Positions 1 to 9,776 of a stretch of DNA of 64,000 bases are shown here, piece after piece. A program made the translations under genes and the position numbers. Under the pieces are notes generated by a model. It worked only from the letters and a program-made list of their open reading frames with translations, was not told the origin of the DNA and made no database searches. Location of the stretch: NCBI GenBank assembly GCA_050916045.1, contig CP051526.1:544001-608000 (forward strand). Direction: 5' to 3'. The stretch comes from Tepidisphaera sp. (GTDB lineage Bacteria > Planctomycetota > Phycisphaerae > Phycisphaerales > UBA1924). The first letter of the stretch is position 1, and each line of letters opens with the position of its first letter.

Positions 1-1521
1 CGGCGGTTCATCAACGACGAGCAGCAGCCCTTCCCGGAGGGCAGGGCGTGCGGCGTCGTGCTCGACACCCTCTACACGTCCCAGGCCGCCGTGGGCATGT
101 TCAAAGCCAAGGTCCTCGCGTTCTCGGCGCTCTTCGCGGGATCCATCGCGTTCTTCTCGGGCGAGAACTACCAGAAGCTCATCCAGGAGAAGTGGCTTGG
201 TTTCAAGCAGAACTTCCACCTGCCGCACTACCTCGATGAATGGCTTTACAACCTGATGGGTCGCGCTCCCAAGCTGGCGGGGGTCGACATCCGCGAGCTT
301 GCGCTTCGGCCGACTCTTGACCTCACGATGTTCGGCGCGGGAGCGCTGATGGGGATCAAATCCGCTTCGAGCATGATGATCGGGATGATCCTGAACTTCG
401 CGGTGATCGTGCCGATCATGATCGCCCAGGGCGAGATCCTTCCCAAGTCCGGTTCCATCGCGGACGGAACCGCGGTCTTCGGCCGGGCCCACATCCTCAA
501 CACGTGGGCACTGTGGTGGGGCATCGTGATCATGGTCGTGGCTTCGCTGACCGCGCTCTTCGCCAAGCCGCAGGTCTTCATCCAGGCGTTCAAGGGCCTC
601 ACGGGCAAGAAGGACACGGGCCAGGATGTGCTCAGCCACATCGAGCTTCCGCTCTGGGTCTCGTTCGTCGGCGTGCCCATCGTGGGCGCGGTTGGCGTCT
701 GGATGGCGCACGACTGGTTCGGCGTCTCGTGGATCTTCGGCGCCACCGCCATCCCGATGATCATCATCCTGACCCTCATCGCGGCGAGCAGCACGGCTCT
801 CACCGGCACGACGCCGACCGGCTCACTCTCCAAGATCCCGCAGTTCACCTACGGCGCGCTCGACCCCAAGCACCCGCCGACCAATCTCATGACGGGCGTC
901 ATGTGCGTCGAGGTCGCGAGCAACGCCAGCAACCTCCTCATGGACATCAAGCCCGGGTACATGCTCGGCGCCAAGCCGCGGCAGCAAGCCTGGGGCCACG
1001 TCATCGGCGTCATCGCCGGCGCCCTCGCAAGCACGCCCCTCTTCTACATCCTCTTCCTCGACGGCTACACGCCTGAGAAGAAGGTTCAGGATCAGATGGT
1101 CACCGAGCAGTTCGCGTTCCCCTCGGCGGTCCAGTGGAAGGGAGTCTCCGATCTGGTCACCAGCATCTTCGGCGATTCGGGAAGCGGCTCGCTCCTGACG
1201 AACTCGATCATCACCTCGATGATCATCGCCGGCGTCGTGGGCCTCGTCTTCGAGGTGATCCGTATCAAGTCCAAGGGCAAGTTCCCGCTGGTTCCGCTGG
1301 CGATCGGCCTGGGCGTCGTCGTCCCGCCGGATTCCACCCTCGCGATGTTCGCCGGTGCGACCTTCTTCTGGGTCATGCACAAGGTCTACAACGCCCGGAA
1401 GGAAAGCCTCGGACACCGCCTCTGGATCGAGTCGCACGAACCGATCTGCGCGGGTCTCATCGCCGGCGCTGCCATCATCGGCATCGGCGACATCCTCGTG
1501 AAGGTCTTCCTGCTCAAGTAA
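1..1521 (+). CDS. OPT-family oligopeptide/metal-chelate transporter, 5'-truncated by the window edge
   Basis: Frame is open from base 1 (RRFINDEQQPFPEGRACGVVLDTL); the FPEG motif, many TM segments, DIKPGYMLGAKPRQQ and FAFPSAVQW are typical of the OPT family; TAA at 1519-1521. Confidence 0.85.
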   Translation, partial: RRFINDEQQPFPEGRACGVVLDTLYTSQAAVGMFKAKVLAFSALFAGSIAFFSGENYQKLIQEKWLGFKQNFHLPHYLDEWLYNLMGRAPKLAGVDIRELALRPTLDLTMFGAGALMGIKSASSMMIGMILNFAVIVPIMIAQGEILPKSGSIADGTAVFGRAHILNTWALWWGIVIMVVASLTALFAKPQVFIQAFKGLTGKKDTGQDVLSHIELPLWVSFVGVPIVGAVGVWMAHDWFGVSWIFGATAIPMIIILTLIAASSTALTGTTPTGSLSKIPQFTYGALDPKHPPTNLMTGVMCVEVASNASNLLMDIKPGYMLGAKPRQQAWGHVIGVIAGALASTPLFYILFLDGYTPEKKVQDQMVTEQFAFPSAVQWKGVSDLVTSIFGDSGSGSLLTNSIITSMIIAGVVGLVFEVIRIKSKGKFPLVPLAIGLGVVVPPDSTLAMFAGATFFWVMHKVYNARKESLGHRLWIESHEPICAGLIAGAAIIGIGDILVKVFLLK

Positions 1522-1541
1522 CCGACATCCCGACCACAACG

Positions 1542-1574
1542 AAACGGCCATTCCTTCGCGGAATGGCCGTTTTT
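1542..1574. terminator. Intrinsic terminator between convergent OPT and purL genes
   Basis: AAACGGCCATTCC-ttcgc-GGAATGGCCGTTT perfect 13-bp stem running into a T tract. Confidence 0.8.
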
Positions 1575-1598
1575 CATTGCTCACGAGAGACAGGGCGA

Positions 1599-4500
1599 TC
1601 ACCAGTCCAGCGGAGCGTGCCAGGCGCGGAAAAGCGACTCGACCGGGACGCTCAGGTCCGCCGCGTCCCACGCGAGCACACCCGTCGTGTCCAGCCGGCC
1701 GATGACCGTGTGCCACAAGCCGCCGCACGACCGGCCGTGATCCGTGAGAATCGTTCGCAACTTCGCAAGGTCTGCTTCACGCACCTCGAGCACGTACCGA
1801 GAGGGGTTCTCGGCGAACGCCCACTCGCGCTGTTCGAGGGTTCCGATGTCCGCCGTGACGCGGAGGCCCAAGGGAGACGGGCCAGCCGGCTCGCTCTTGC
1901 CGTTGCGGAGCAGGTCGTCGAGCGTGCTTGACCGCTCGCTCTTCGAAGCCGAGCCCGACGCGATCAGCATCTCCGCCGCCGCCGCCAGCACGCCACCCTC
2001 CGAGCAATCGTGAGCGGAGACGATCAGCCCGTCCTTGATCATCGCGGCGACCGCCGAAGCCGCCGCCGGGCCGAGCTTGAGGTCCACGCGCGGGATCGTC
2101 CCGCCCGCTTCGCCCGTGAGCATCGCGAGGTGGGTCGCTCCGAGTTCGTCGGTCGTGCGGGCGCCGACGACGATGAGCACGTTCCCCGCGGCTTTCGCGT
2201 CCATGGTGACCGTGCGGGCGATGCTCGGCACGATGCCGATGCCGGTGACCAGAAGCGTCGGCGGGATTTCGATGACCTTGGCTTCGCCAGTCGCCGGGTC
2301 CTTGTACCGGAGCTGGTTGTTGAGGCTGTCCTTGCCCGACACGAACGGCGTCCGGTACGCTTTCGCCGCGTCGTAACACCCCTCGGCCGCACGGACGAGC
2401 GTCGCGAGGTTGCGCGGTTCGCCGCAGCTTGGCCAGCAGAAATTGTCGAGGATCGCGATGCGGGTCGGGTCGGTCCCGACACACACGAGGTTCCGGACGA
2501 CCTCGTCGACGGCCGCCAGGACCATCAGGTACGCGTCACCACCGTTCGCCGCATCACCCACCGGCGTCTGTAAGCCTTGGGAAAGCGAAATGCCGCGGCC
2601 GGAGCCCGCGACCGGCTCGAGCACCGCCGCATCGCCCGGCCCGCGTCCCGCCGGGCCAACAAGCGGCTTGGCGATCACGTTCCCCTGCACCTCGTGGTCG
2701 TACTGGCGGATGATCCAGTGCTTGCTCGCGATGTTGGGGTGAGCGAGCAGGGCGAGGAGCGAGTCTTGGACGCTCGCGTTGCGCGAAAGCGTGGGCTGTG
2801 TCCCGGCGGCGGCCGATGGGCCCTTCGCGGTCGCGTGGGGTTCGTGGGTCGCATCCCGGGTGGGCATCGGGATGCCATCGTGCAGGAACGACATCGGAAG
2901 CCGGCCGACCTCGGTCCCCTTGAAGTTCAGGATCAGGTCCGCTCCCGGCGTTCCGAACTGGCCCAGATCCGCCATCGGCACGCCTTCTTCCGCGCAGATC
3001 TGCGTCAGAGCGGCCAGGTGCTTCTCCGGCACCGCGAGCACCATGCGTTCCTGGGCTTCGCTGATCCAGATCTCGGTATACGTGAGCCCGGCGTACTTGA
3101 GCGGAGCCCGCTCAAGGTGCACCTCGGCTCCGATCTCGCCGCCCATCTCGCCCACCGCCGAAGAGAAGCCGCCCGCTCCGCAGTCGGTCATGCCGTTGTA
3201 AAGCGGACCGGCATCCCGAGCCCGCATGATCGCATCGAGGACCCGCTTCTCCTCGATCGCGTTGCCGATCTGCACCGCGTGGGCGAACTCGGTGCTCGCG
3301 TTGGATCCAAGCTCCGCCGAAGAGAACGTCGCGCCGTGCACGCCGTCGCGGCCCGTGCGGCCACCGAGGGCGATGATCCGGTCCCCCGGCTGAGCTTTGC
3401 CCTTGATCAGATGCCGCGGGATCATCCCGATGCACCCCGCAAAGACGAGCGGATTGCCCACGTGACGGGAGTCGAAGAAGACCCCGCCCGAGACCGTCGG
3501 TATGCCCATCCGGTTGCCGTAATCGCGGATCCCCGCGACGACGTCGGTCAGGATCCGCTTGGGCGGCAAGCACCCCGGCGGCAGGTCCTTCATCTCCGGC
3601 ATCGCGACGCAAAAGACGTCCGTGCTTGCGATCGGCTTGGCCCCGAGCCCGGTCCCAATCACGTCGCGGATGCACCCGCCGATGCCCGTCGCCGCTCCGC
3701 CGTACGGCTCGATCGCGCTGGGGCGGTTGTGCGTCTCCACCTTGATGTTGACGGCCCACTGGTCGTCCAGCGCGATCACGCCCGAGTTGTCCTTGAAGAC
3801 GGACAGCGCCCAGTCGCACCCTTCGTCGATAAGCTCGAACGTCGCTGCGGCCACTGTGGACTTCAGCAGGTTCTTGATCGTCACGGTGCCGTCGGGCGCG
3901 ACGGTGTGCCCCGGGCGGCCCTCCCAGCGGATGACGTCCTCACCCTTGCCGCCCTTGTAGCGGATTGTGCTCTTGAGCGTCTTGTGCACACAGTGCTCGG
4001 ACCATGTCTGGGCGATCGTCTCAAGCTCGATGTCGCGCGGGTCGCGGCCGAGGGTTCGATACTCCGCCTGCACGGCTTTCATCTCATCCAAGCTCAGGAA
4101 GAGATGGGCTTCGCGCGACATCACGTTGAGCTGGTCGTCGGTCAGGTCCCGGATGGGGATCTGGCGGATGGCGAAGGGCTGCTCGTGCCCCTTGGGCAAG
4201 CCGGCCGGATGGAACGGAGCGGTGTGCACCGCGTGGATGACGGGGTTGCAAAGCGACCTGCGGGCGAACGCTTCGGCCTGCTGCGGCGTGACGCCCGCGA
4301 GGTCGTAGCGCATGCCGGTGGAGACCTCGGCCTGCTTGCCGGTGAGGTCGGCGATGGCGTCGCGGACGGACTGGGCGGCGGGGTCCATGACGCCCGGCAG
4401 GGGGTGCACCTCGACGACGCTTCCGGAGGGGCCTGAGGTCGGCGTCGCGGTCTCGGAGACCGGGTCGGCCAGGAGCTTTTCGTGCACGGCTTTGAGCTCG

Positions 4501-4679
4501 GCGGGCGAGAGGTCCGCTTCGATCAGGTACACGCGTGCGACGCCGATCTGCGAGGGCTTGAGCCCGGCTTGGGCGGCCTGTTTGGCGACGCTTGCCGCAC
4601 GCGGATCGGTCGCGGGGTTGCGCAGGCGGACTTCGACCCGGTGGACGGTGGGAGCGGCGACGGTGGAGGGGGGTGGCAC
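1599..4679 (-). CDS. purL: Phosphoribosylformylglycinamidine synthase subunit PurL with N-terminal PurS-like extension
   Basis: QTWSEHCVHK, KVETHNRPSAIEPYGGAATGIGGCIRD, DCGAGG, QYDHEV, SGKDSLNN, SAHDCSEGG motifs; no glutaminase domain. Start placed at GTG 4679 (uncertain); the track's extension to 4970 overlaps the divergent gene. Confidence 0.93.
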   Translation of the reverse strand: MPPPSTVAAPTVHRVEVRLRNPATDPRAASVAKQAAQAGLKPSQIGVARVYLIEADLSPAELKAVHEKLLADPVSETATPTSGPSGSVVEVHPLPGVMDPAAQSVRDAIADLTGKQAEVSTGMRYDLAGVTPQQAEAFARRSLCNPVIHAVHTAPFHPAGLPKGHEQPFAIRQIPIRDLTDDQLNVMSREAHLFLSLDEMKAVQAEYRTLGRDPRDIELETIAQTWSEHCVHKTLKSTIRYKGGKGEDVIRWEGRPGHTVAPDGTVTIKNLLKSTVAAATFELIDEGCDWALSVFKDNSGVIALDDQWAVNIKVETHNRPSAIEPYGGAATGIGGCIRDVIGTGLGAKPIASTDVFCVAMPEMKDLPPGCLPPKRILTDVVAGIRDYGNRMGIPTVSGGVFFDSRHVGNPLVFAGCIGMIPRHLIKGKAQPGDRIIALGGRTGRDGVHGATFSSAELGSNASTEFAHAVQIGNAIEEKRVLDAIMRARDAGPLYNGMTDCGAGGFSSAVGEMGGEIGAEVHLERAPLKYAGLTYTEIWISEAQERMVLAVPEKHLAALTQICAEEGVPMADLGQFGTPGADLILNFKGTEVGRLPMSFLHDGIPMPTRDATHEPHATAKGPSAAAGTQPTLSRNASVQDSLLALLAHPNIASKHWIIRQYDHEVQGNVIAKPLVGPAGRGPGDAAVLEPVAGSGRGISLSQGLQTPVGDAANGGDAYLMVLAAVDEVVRNLVCVGTDPTRIAILDNFCWPSCGEPRNLATLVRAAEGCYDAAKAYRTPFVSGKDSLNNQLRYKDPATGEAKVIEIPPTLLVTGIGIVPSIARTVTMDAKAAGNVLIVVGARTTDELGATHLAMLTGEAGGTIPRVDLKLGPAAASAVAAMIKDGLIVSAHDCSEGGVLAAAAEMLIASGSASKSERSSTLDDLLRNGKSEPAGPSPLGLRVTADIGTLEQREWAFAENPSRYVLEVREADLAKLRTILTDHGRSCGGLWHTVIGRLDTTGVLAWDAADLSVPVESLFRAWHAPLDW

Positions 4680-4833
4680 GGGCGATGGTAGACGAGAAAG
4701 GCCCGGCTCCGGCGTGCATGGGGTTGCAGCCGGTTCGGCTTCGGGCGGGGGGCCCCCAACTGGACCCGCTTTCCGTCCCCGGCCGATACCACCCTCCCCT
4801 TGTCCCGGCACCCTTCCTGATAGAGTGTGACCC

Positions 4834-6846
4834 ATGTCGACCCCGCCGTTCCCTTCGTCAACCCCCTCCCCGGACGCCAAGCCGGGCGACGGTTCCATCA
4901 CCGTCGGGGGCGGCACCTCCGCGTTCCTCTTCGAGTTCGCGTGGGAGGTCTGCAACCAGGTCGGGGGCATCTACCAGGTCATCCGTTCCAAAGTGCCCTT
5001 CATGGTCGAACGCTGGGGCGACCGGTACTGCTGCGTCGGTCCATGGGACGCGAGCAAAGCCGGCCTTGAGTTCGAGGAAAGCCGGGCGGGCGGCTGGATC
5101 GGACGCGCCATCGACCAGCTCCGCGAGCAAGGCCTGATCGTCCGCCACGGCCGCTGGCTTGTCCCCGGCAGGCCCCGCGTGCTCCTCATCGAGCACTGGC
5201 AGGGCAACCAGAAGCTCGACGAAGCCAAGTACCTCCTCTGGAAGGACCACGGCATCCAGGTCCCCGGCGGCGACGGTCTCATCGACGGCGTCGTTACCTT
5301 TGCCGACGCGGCCCGACGGCTGGTCGAGGCTCTCTGCGAGCATCACGCGGCGATGCGCGGCGGACGCGGGGTCGGAGCAAGTGCCAGCGGCGGTGGGGGA
5401 GCGATCGTCGCCCACTTCCACGAGTGGATGGGCGGCATGGCCATCCCCTTCATCCGCAAGAAGAACCTCCCCGTCGCCACCCTCTTCACCACCCACGCAA
5501 CGCTCCTCGGCCGGTACATGGCGAGCAACGAAACAGACTTCTACGAAAAGCTCCCGTGGGTCGATCAGGCCGAAGCCGCCAGCCGCTACAACATTGTCTG
5601 CCAGCACGGGATGGAACGGGCTTGCGCCCACGGGTCGCACGTCTTCACGACCGTGTCGTCCATTACCGCCGAAGAATGCGAGCATCTGCTCGGCCGCCGC
5701 GTCGACCTCGTCACGCCCAACGCCCTGACGATCTCTTCGTACAACCTCACGCACGATCAGCAGCGGATGCACGGCGAATACAAGGAGCAGATCCACCGTT
5801 TCACGATGGGTCACTTCTTCCCGAGCTACTCCTTTGACCTCGACAAGACGCTCTACTTCTTCACGTCCGGCCGGTTCGAGCCGCGGAACAAGGGCTTTGA
5901 TCTGTGTCTGGAAGCGATGGCCCGGCTCAACGCCAAGCTTCGGCACGCCAAGAGCGACCGCACCGTCGTCTTCTTCATCATCAGCCGCCAGCCCACCCGC
6001 GGCATCAACCCGCTCGCGATGGAAAAGCGCGGCGTGCTCAACGAGCTCCGCGAGATCACCCAGCACATCACCGAAGAAATCGGCCCCAAGCTCTTCCAGA
6101 GGGCGGGTTCCGGCGGCAAGCTCAAGCTCGACGACCTCGTCAGCGAGTACTGGATGCTGCGGTACCGCCGGGCTCAGCACGCGATGAAACAGCATTGCCT
6201 GCCCATGGTCGTGACCCACATGCTCGAGCACGACTCAACCGACCCCGTGCTCGGGCACATCCGCAACCTGCAGCTTTTCAACCGCCCCGAAGACCCCGTC
6301 AAGGTCGTGTACCACCCGGACTTTATCACGCCCCACAACCGCCTGTGGGGTATCGAGTACGACCAGTTCGTCCGCGGCACGCACCTTGGCATCTTCCCAA
6401 GCAGCTACGAGCCCTGGGGCTACACGCCGCTTGAATGTCTGGCGATGGGCATCCCCGCGGTGACGAGCGATCTCGCGGGGTTCGGTCGATTCGTGCAGGA
6501 GCACATGCCCGACCACGACGAGTTCGGCTTGTGGGTGCTCCGCAAGCGCGGCCGGGCATATCACGACGCGGCCGAGGACCTGGCTTCGATCATGTTCCAC
6601 ATGACGACGATGGAGCGGCGCGAACGCATCGCCCTCCGCAACGCCGTCGATAAGCGGTCGTGGGACTTTGACTGGGCCAAGCTCGGCATGGCGTACCACC
6701 GGGCTCACGATCTGTCGATCGAACGGCTCTGGATGGACATCGGGACCTACACGCCGCAGCTTCACCTCGACATCGAGCCCAAAGGTCTAAGCCCCGCTTC
6801 CACGATCGACCCCACGATCGAAGCCCGAAGCACCGACGACCTCTGA
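4834..6846 (+). CDS. Glycogen synthase, GT3 family (yeast/animal type)
   Basis: FEFAWEVCNQVGGIY, HFHEWM, FTTHATLLGR, VFTTVSSIT, SGRFEPRNKG, FPSSYEPWGYTPLEC match GT3 glycogen synthases. Confidence 0.9.
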   Translation: MSTPPFPSSTPSPDAKPGDGSITVGGGTSAFLFEFAWEVCNQVGGIYQVIRSKVPFMVERWGDRYCCVGPWDASKAGLEFEESRAGGWIGRAIDQLREQGLIVRHGRWLVPGRPRVLLIEHWQGNQKLDEAKYLLWKDHGIQVPGGDGLIDGVVTFADAARRLVEALCEHHAAMRGGRGVGASASGGGGAIVAHFHEWMGGMAIPFIRKKNLPVATLFTTHATLLGRYMASNETDFYEKLPWVDQAEAASRYNIVCQHGMERACAHGSHVFTTVSSITAEECEHLLGRRVDLVTPNALTISSYNLTHDQQRMHGEYKEQIHRFTMGHFFPSYSFDLDKTLYFFTSGRFEPRNKGFDLCLEAMARLNAKLRHAKSDRTVVFFIISRQPTRGINPLAMEKRGVLNELREITQHITEEIGPKLFQRAGSGGKLKLDDLVSEYWMLRYRRAQHAMKQHCLPMVVTHMLEHDSTDPVLGHIRNLQLFNRPEDPVKVVYHPDFITPHNRLWGIEYDQFVRGTHLGIFPSSYEPWGYTPLECLAMGIPAVTSDLAGFGRFVQEHMPDHDEFGLWVLRKRGRAYHDAAEDLASIMFHMTTMERRERIALRNAVDKRSWDFDWAKLGMAYHRAHDLSIERLWMDIGTYTPQLHLDIEPKGLSPASTIDPTIEARSTDDL

Positions 6847-6922
6847 CCGTCCCGCAGACTCAAATCTGTGCTTCGCGGCGACGTGTTCCCGCCGCGACCC
6901 CGCCGACGTACACTCGCGTCGA

Positions 6923-7444
6923 ATGACCGAAGCGTCCAAGCCACACGTTCAGCTCTTCACCGATGGCGCCTGCCTTGGAAACCCCGGTCCGGGCGGCTGG
7001 GCGTACGTGCTCAAGCACCCGGCTTCCGGAAGCAAGCGCGAAGACTCCGGCGCCGAGCCTCAGACCACCAACAACCGGATGGAGCTCCGCGCCGTGATCG
7101 AAGGCCTCGCCGCGATCACCCGCCCAAGCCTCATCGACCTCACCAGCGATTCCCAGTACGTCCTCAATGGACTCAAGGAATGGATGAAAAGCTGGAAGAA
7201 ACGCGGCTGGAAAACCTCGACCAAGGAGCCCGTCAAGAACGTCGATCTCTGGCAGATGCTCGACGTCCTCGTCGCACGCCACGAAGTCCGCTTCCACTGG
7301 ATCCGCGGCCATACCGGCCACGCCGAGAACGAACGCTGCGATGAGCTCAGCGTGATCGCTGCCGAAGCCGTCAAACGCGGCGACCAGAGCGTTGCCCGCC
7401 CCATGCCGAAGATCGAGGGCATTGCGCCGACCACCCTCCTGTGA
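6923..7444 (+). CDS. rnhA: Ribonuclease HI
   Basis: FTDGACLGNPGPGG, TTNNRMEL, DSQYV, VKNVDLW, WIRGHTGHAENERCDEL. Confidence 0.96.
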   Translation: MTEASKPHVQLFTDGACLGNPGPGGWAYVLKHPASGSKREDSGAEPQTTNNRMELRAVIEGLAAITRPSLIDLTSDSQYVLNGLKEWMKSWKKRGWKTSTKEPVKNVDLWQMLDVLVARHEVRFHWIRGHTGHAENERCDELSVIAAEAVKRGDQSVARPMPKIEGIAPTTLL

Positions 7445-7450
7445 AAAACG

Positions 7451-7480
7451 GCACGCCCCGCGCTCTCGCGCAGGGCGTGC
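7451..7480. terminator. GC-rich hairpin between convergent genes, possible terminator
   Basis: GCACGCCC-CGCG-ctct-CGCG-CA-GGGCGTGC; A-rich flank on the left gives a T tract on the minus strand. Confidence 0.55.
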
Positions 7481-7547
7481 TCGTTCAACACCGCTGGTTA
7501 CACGATCGAATGTCGGCCCGGCGTGACCGTGCCGCGGCCTCGTGCCG

Positions 7548-9644
7548 TCAGCACCCCGTCTCGAACGCGAGCACAAACGCGTCGTAGTCGAAGAAGTCCC
7601 CGAACCCGTCCCCGTTGAAGTCCGCCGTCTTCCCCGGCGGGCACACGCCCGTCTCAAAGCACGTCACGTAATCGTCGTAGTCGAAGAAGTCCAGGAACCC
7701 GTCCTCGTTGAAGTCCGCGGGGCAGCTCCGGAACTCGCGAGCCCCCATGTCCACGATCGGAGCAACCCCAAGCCCGATGTCCGTCGTCGCCGGGTCGTCA
7801 AATCGCCGGTCGCGACGCGACAGGTCCAGCGGCGTGACTTCTCCGAGGTTGTTGTCGATGTCGACGTCCGCGAAATCGACCGTGATCCGGCTGTTGTCAC
7901 CCGCGTCGATGCAGGGCGAGTCCGGCTGAAGCGACAGGTCATCATCGGTCGTGCCCACCACGCCGTCCGCGCCGTCTGCATCGACGAAGAGCGGGTTCCG
8001 GCTCGTGCAACCCGGCCCGCGACCGATGTAGTTGGACGGCAATCCCTGAACGGCGGAGTAGTTGACGTTGATCGTCCCCGAGAGCGGGTACATGTTCCCT
8101 TCGAAGGTCGTCGTGCTCGCGTCCGTGTCCGTGTTTCCCCAGAAGATCGAGTTGTCGATCGTCACGGTCGAGCCCGCCGTCGCGACCACGCCGCCGCCGG
8201 CTCCCGACGAGTTGCCCGCGAAGGTGCAGTTGTCGATCCGCGTGTCGTTGAAGGACCCAAACGTCAGGATCGCTCCGCCGTTGACGCCCGCCGTGTTCCC
8301 CGAGAACTCGCAGTTGTAGAACTGGTTCCACCCCGACCCGTTCAGCGAGTAGACCGCGCCGCCGAACGTCCCCGCCGAGTTCCCGATGAACCGGCAGTTC
8401 CCGAACGCCACCTGCGACCCGTTCGCGCCGCGGAAGTACACCGCGCCGCCGAACGTCGGCGTCTCGTTGTTCCTGAACTCGCAGTTCGTGAACCTCGCGA
8501 GCGAACTCGCCGCGAAGAAGGACACCGCTCCGCCCTCGAGCGCGCGGTTGTCGCGAATCAGGCAGTTGCGGATCCGCGGATTCGCACCGTTGATCCAGAT
8601 CGCTCCGCCTCCCGCATCAAACCCGCTCCCGTCCGCGTTGCCGCCCGTGATGACAAACCCGTCCAGAATCGCCGATGAGAATACCGATTCCGCCTCGACC
8701 ACATGGTACGAATTGTCATCGATGTCTCTTGTCCCGATGTTTCCGGAGAGAAACGACGGGTTCCCCTCGATGTTCGTGCGATCCGCGAGGCGGGTTTCGG
8801 TCCCCGCGAACCCACCGTAGATCGCGAGGTTGCTATTCATGCGAAAGCTCGCCGAACGATCAAGCCCGGCGGTCGGCCGATACGTGCCCGCCGCGACCCA
8901 GATCTCCGTCGTCGTGCCGTTGAAGTTCGCCGCCGCGATCGCATCATCAAGCCGCCGCACCGCACGCGACCAACTCGATCCGTCGTTTCCGGGCGCCGTG
9001 TCGTCGACGTAAAGCCGCTGCTCCGTCGCGCCCCGGTACCGAAGCTGCACCCCGCCCACCCGGGCCGTTCCTCCAGCATTGAACACCGTGATCGTCAGCG
9101 TCCCGCCGTTCACCACGACGTTGTGCACCGCGTGCGTCACGCCCGCGGTGAGCGTGTTGCTCCCGGGGCCTCCCGAAACCGACTGCAGCCCCTCCGCCGC
9201 GCCCGTCACGCCCACGTTGCACGAATCAACCCCGAACGGCGAACACGCGTACGTGTACACCGTGTACGTCCCGTTCCGAAGCGAGTTGAACGAAAGCGTC
9301 ATCGTCGTGTTCACGTTCGAGTTCAGCCCGTCCCCGAGCAGCCGGTCGTAGTCCCCCGACGTGCTCGCGCTGTCGAAGAAGTACCCCGAAGCCAGGTTCG
9401 AGACCGTCAGATCCGCCGACGTCGTGCTCCCGTTCGTGTCCGTCAGGTTGGACGCAAACGCCCCGATCCCGAGCGTGTCCCACGTCCCGGGCATGTCCGC
9501 CGCCCCGAGAAAGCTCGTGGATGGCGCTCCCGTCCAGCTTCCCGCCGTCGCGACGTTGAAATCAAGGTTGAAGTTCTGGGCTTGCACGCCCGCAACCGGT
9601 GCCACCGCGATCGCGAGAAAGCACATCGACCGTTTCATGCTCAT
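7548..9644 (-). CDS. Secreted right-handed beta-helix protein with two-repeat dockerin-like C-terminal tail
   Basis: Signal peptide MSMKRSMCFLAIAVAPVAGVQA; LYVDDTAPGNDGSSW, repeated GGA(I/V) and FxxN; ends CPADFNEDGFLDFFDYDDY...CPPGKTADFNGDGFGDFFDYDAFVLAFETGC. GGAG upstream of ATG 9644. Confidence 0.85.
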   Translation of the reverse strand: MSMKRSMCFLAIAVAPVAGVQAQNFNLDFNVATAGSWTGAPSTSFLGAADMPGTWDTLGIGAFASNLTDTNGSTTSADLTVSNLASGYFFDSASTSGDYDRLLGDGLNSNVNTTMTLSFNSLRNGTYTVYTYACSPFGVDSCNVGVTGAAEGLQSVSGGPGSNTLTAGVTHAVHNVVVNGGTLTITVFNAGGTARVGGVQLRYRGATEQRLYVDDTAPGNDGSSWSRAVRRLDDAIAAANFNGTTTEIWVAAGTYRPTAGLDRSASFRMNSNLAIYGGFAGTETRLADRTNIEGNPSFLSGNIGTRDIDDNSYHVVEAESVFSSAILDGFVITGGNADGSGFDAGGGAIWINGANPRIRNCLIRDNRALEGGAVSFFAASSLARFTNCEFRNNETPTFGGAVYFRGANGSQVAFGNCRFIGNSAGTFGGAVYSLNGSGWNQFYNCEFSGNTAGVNGGAILTFGSFNDTRIDNCTFAGNSSGAGGGVVATAGSTVTIDNSIFWGNTDTDASTTTFEGNMYPLSGTINVNYSAVQGLPSNYIGRGPGCTSRNPLFVDADGADGVVGTTDDDLSLQPDSPCIDAGDNSRITVDFADVDIDNNLGEVTPLDLSRRDRRFDDPATTDIGLGVAPIVDMGAREFRSCPADFNEDGFLDFFDYDDYVTCFETGVCPPGKTADFNGDGFGDFFDYDAFVLAFETGC

Positions 9645-9679
9645 GAGGAATGACTCCAAAGGGGGACTATCGGACAAGC

Positions 9680-9710
9680 GTTCAATGCCGCGCCCGGGGC
9701 CGGTTTTTCC
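9680..9710 (-). promoter_or_regulatory. Putative ECF-sigma-type promoter, shared with the site upstream of the DsbD-like gene
   Basis: Minus strand GGAAAAAC-N12-CGGCATTGAAC; near-identical GGAAGAAC-N13-CGGCATTAAAC at 50804-50835. Confidence 0.4.
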
Positions 9711-9722
9711 CGCCTCCAAAGA

Positions 9723-9750
9723 CGAACCCCGCGCCTTCGCGCGGGGTTCG
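9723..9750 (-). terminator. Hairpin terminator downstream of the 9777-11288 gene
   Basis: CGAACCCCGCGC-cttc-GCGCGGGGTTCG 12-bp perfect stem, then TCTTT on the minus strand. Confidence 0.7.
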
Positions 9751-9776
9751 GGTTCAGTCAGCATCAATCACCAAGC

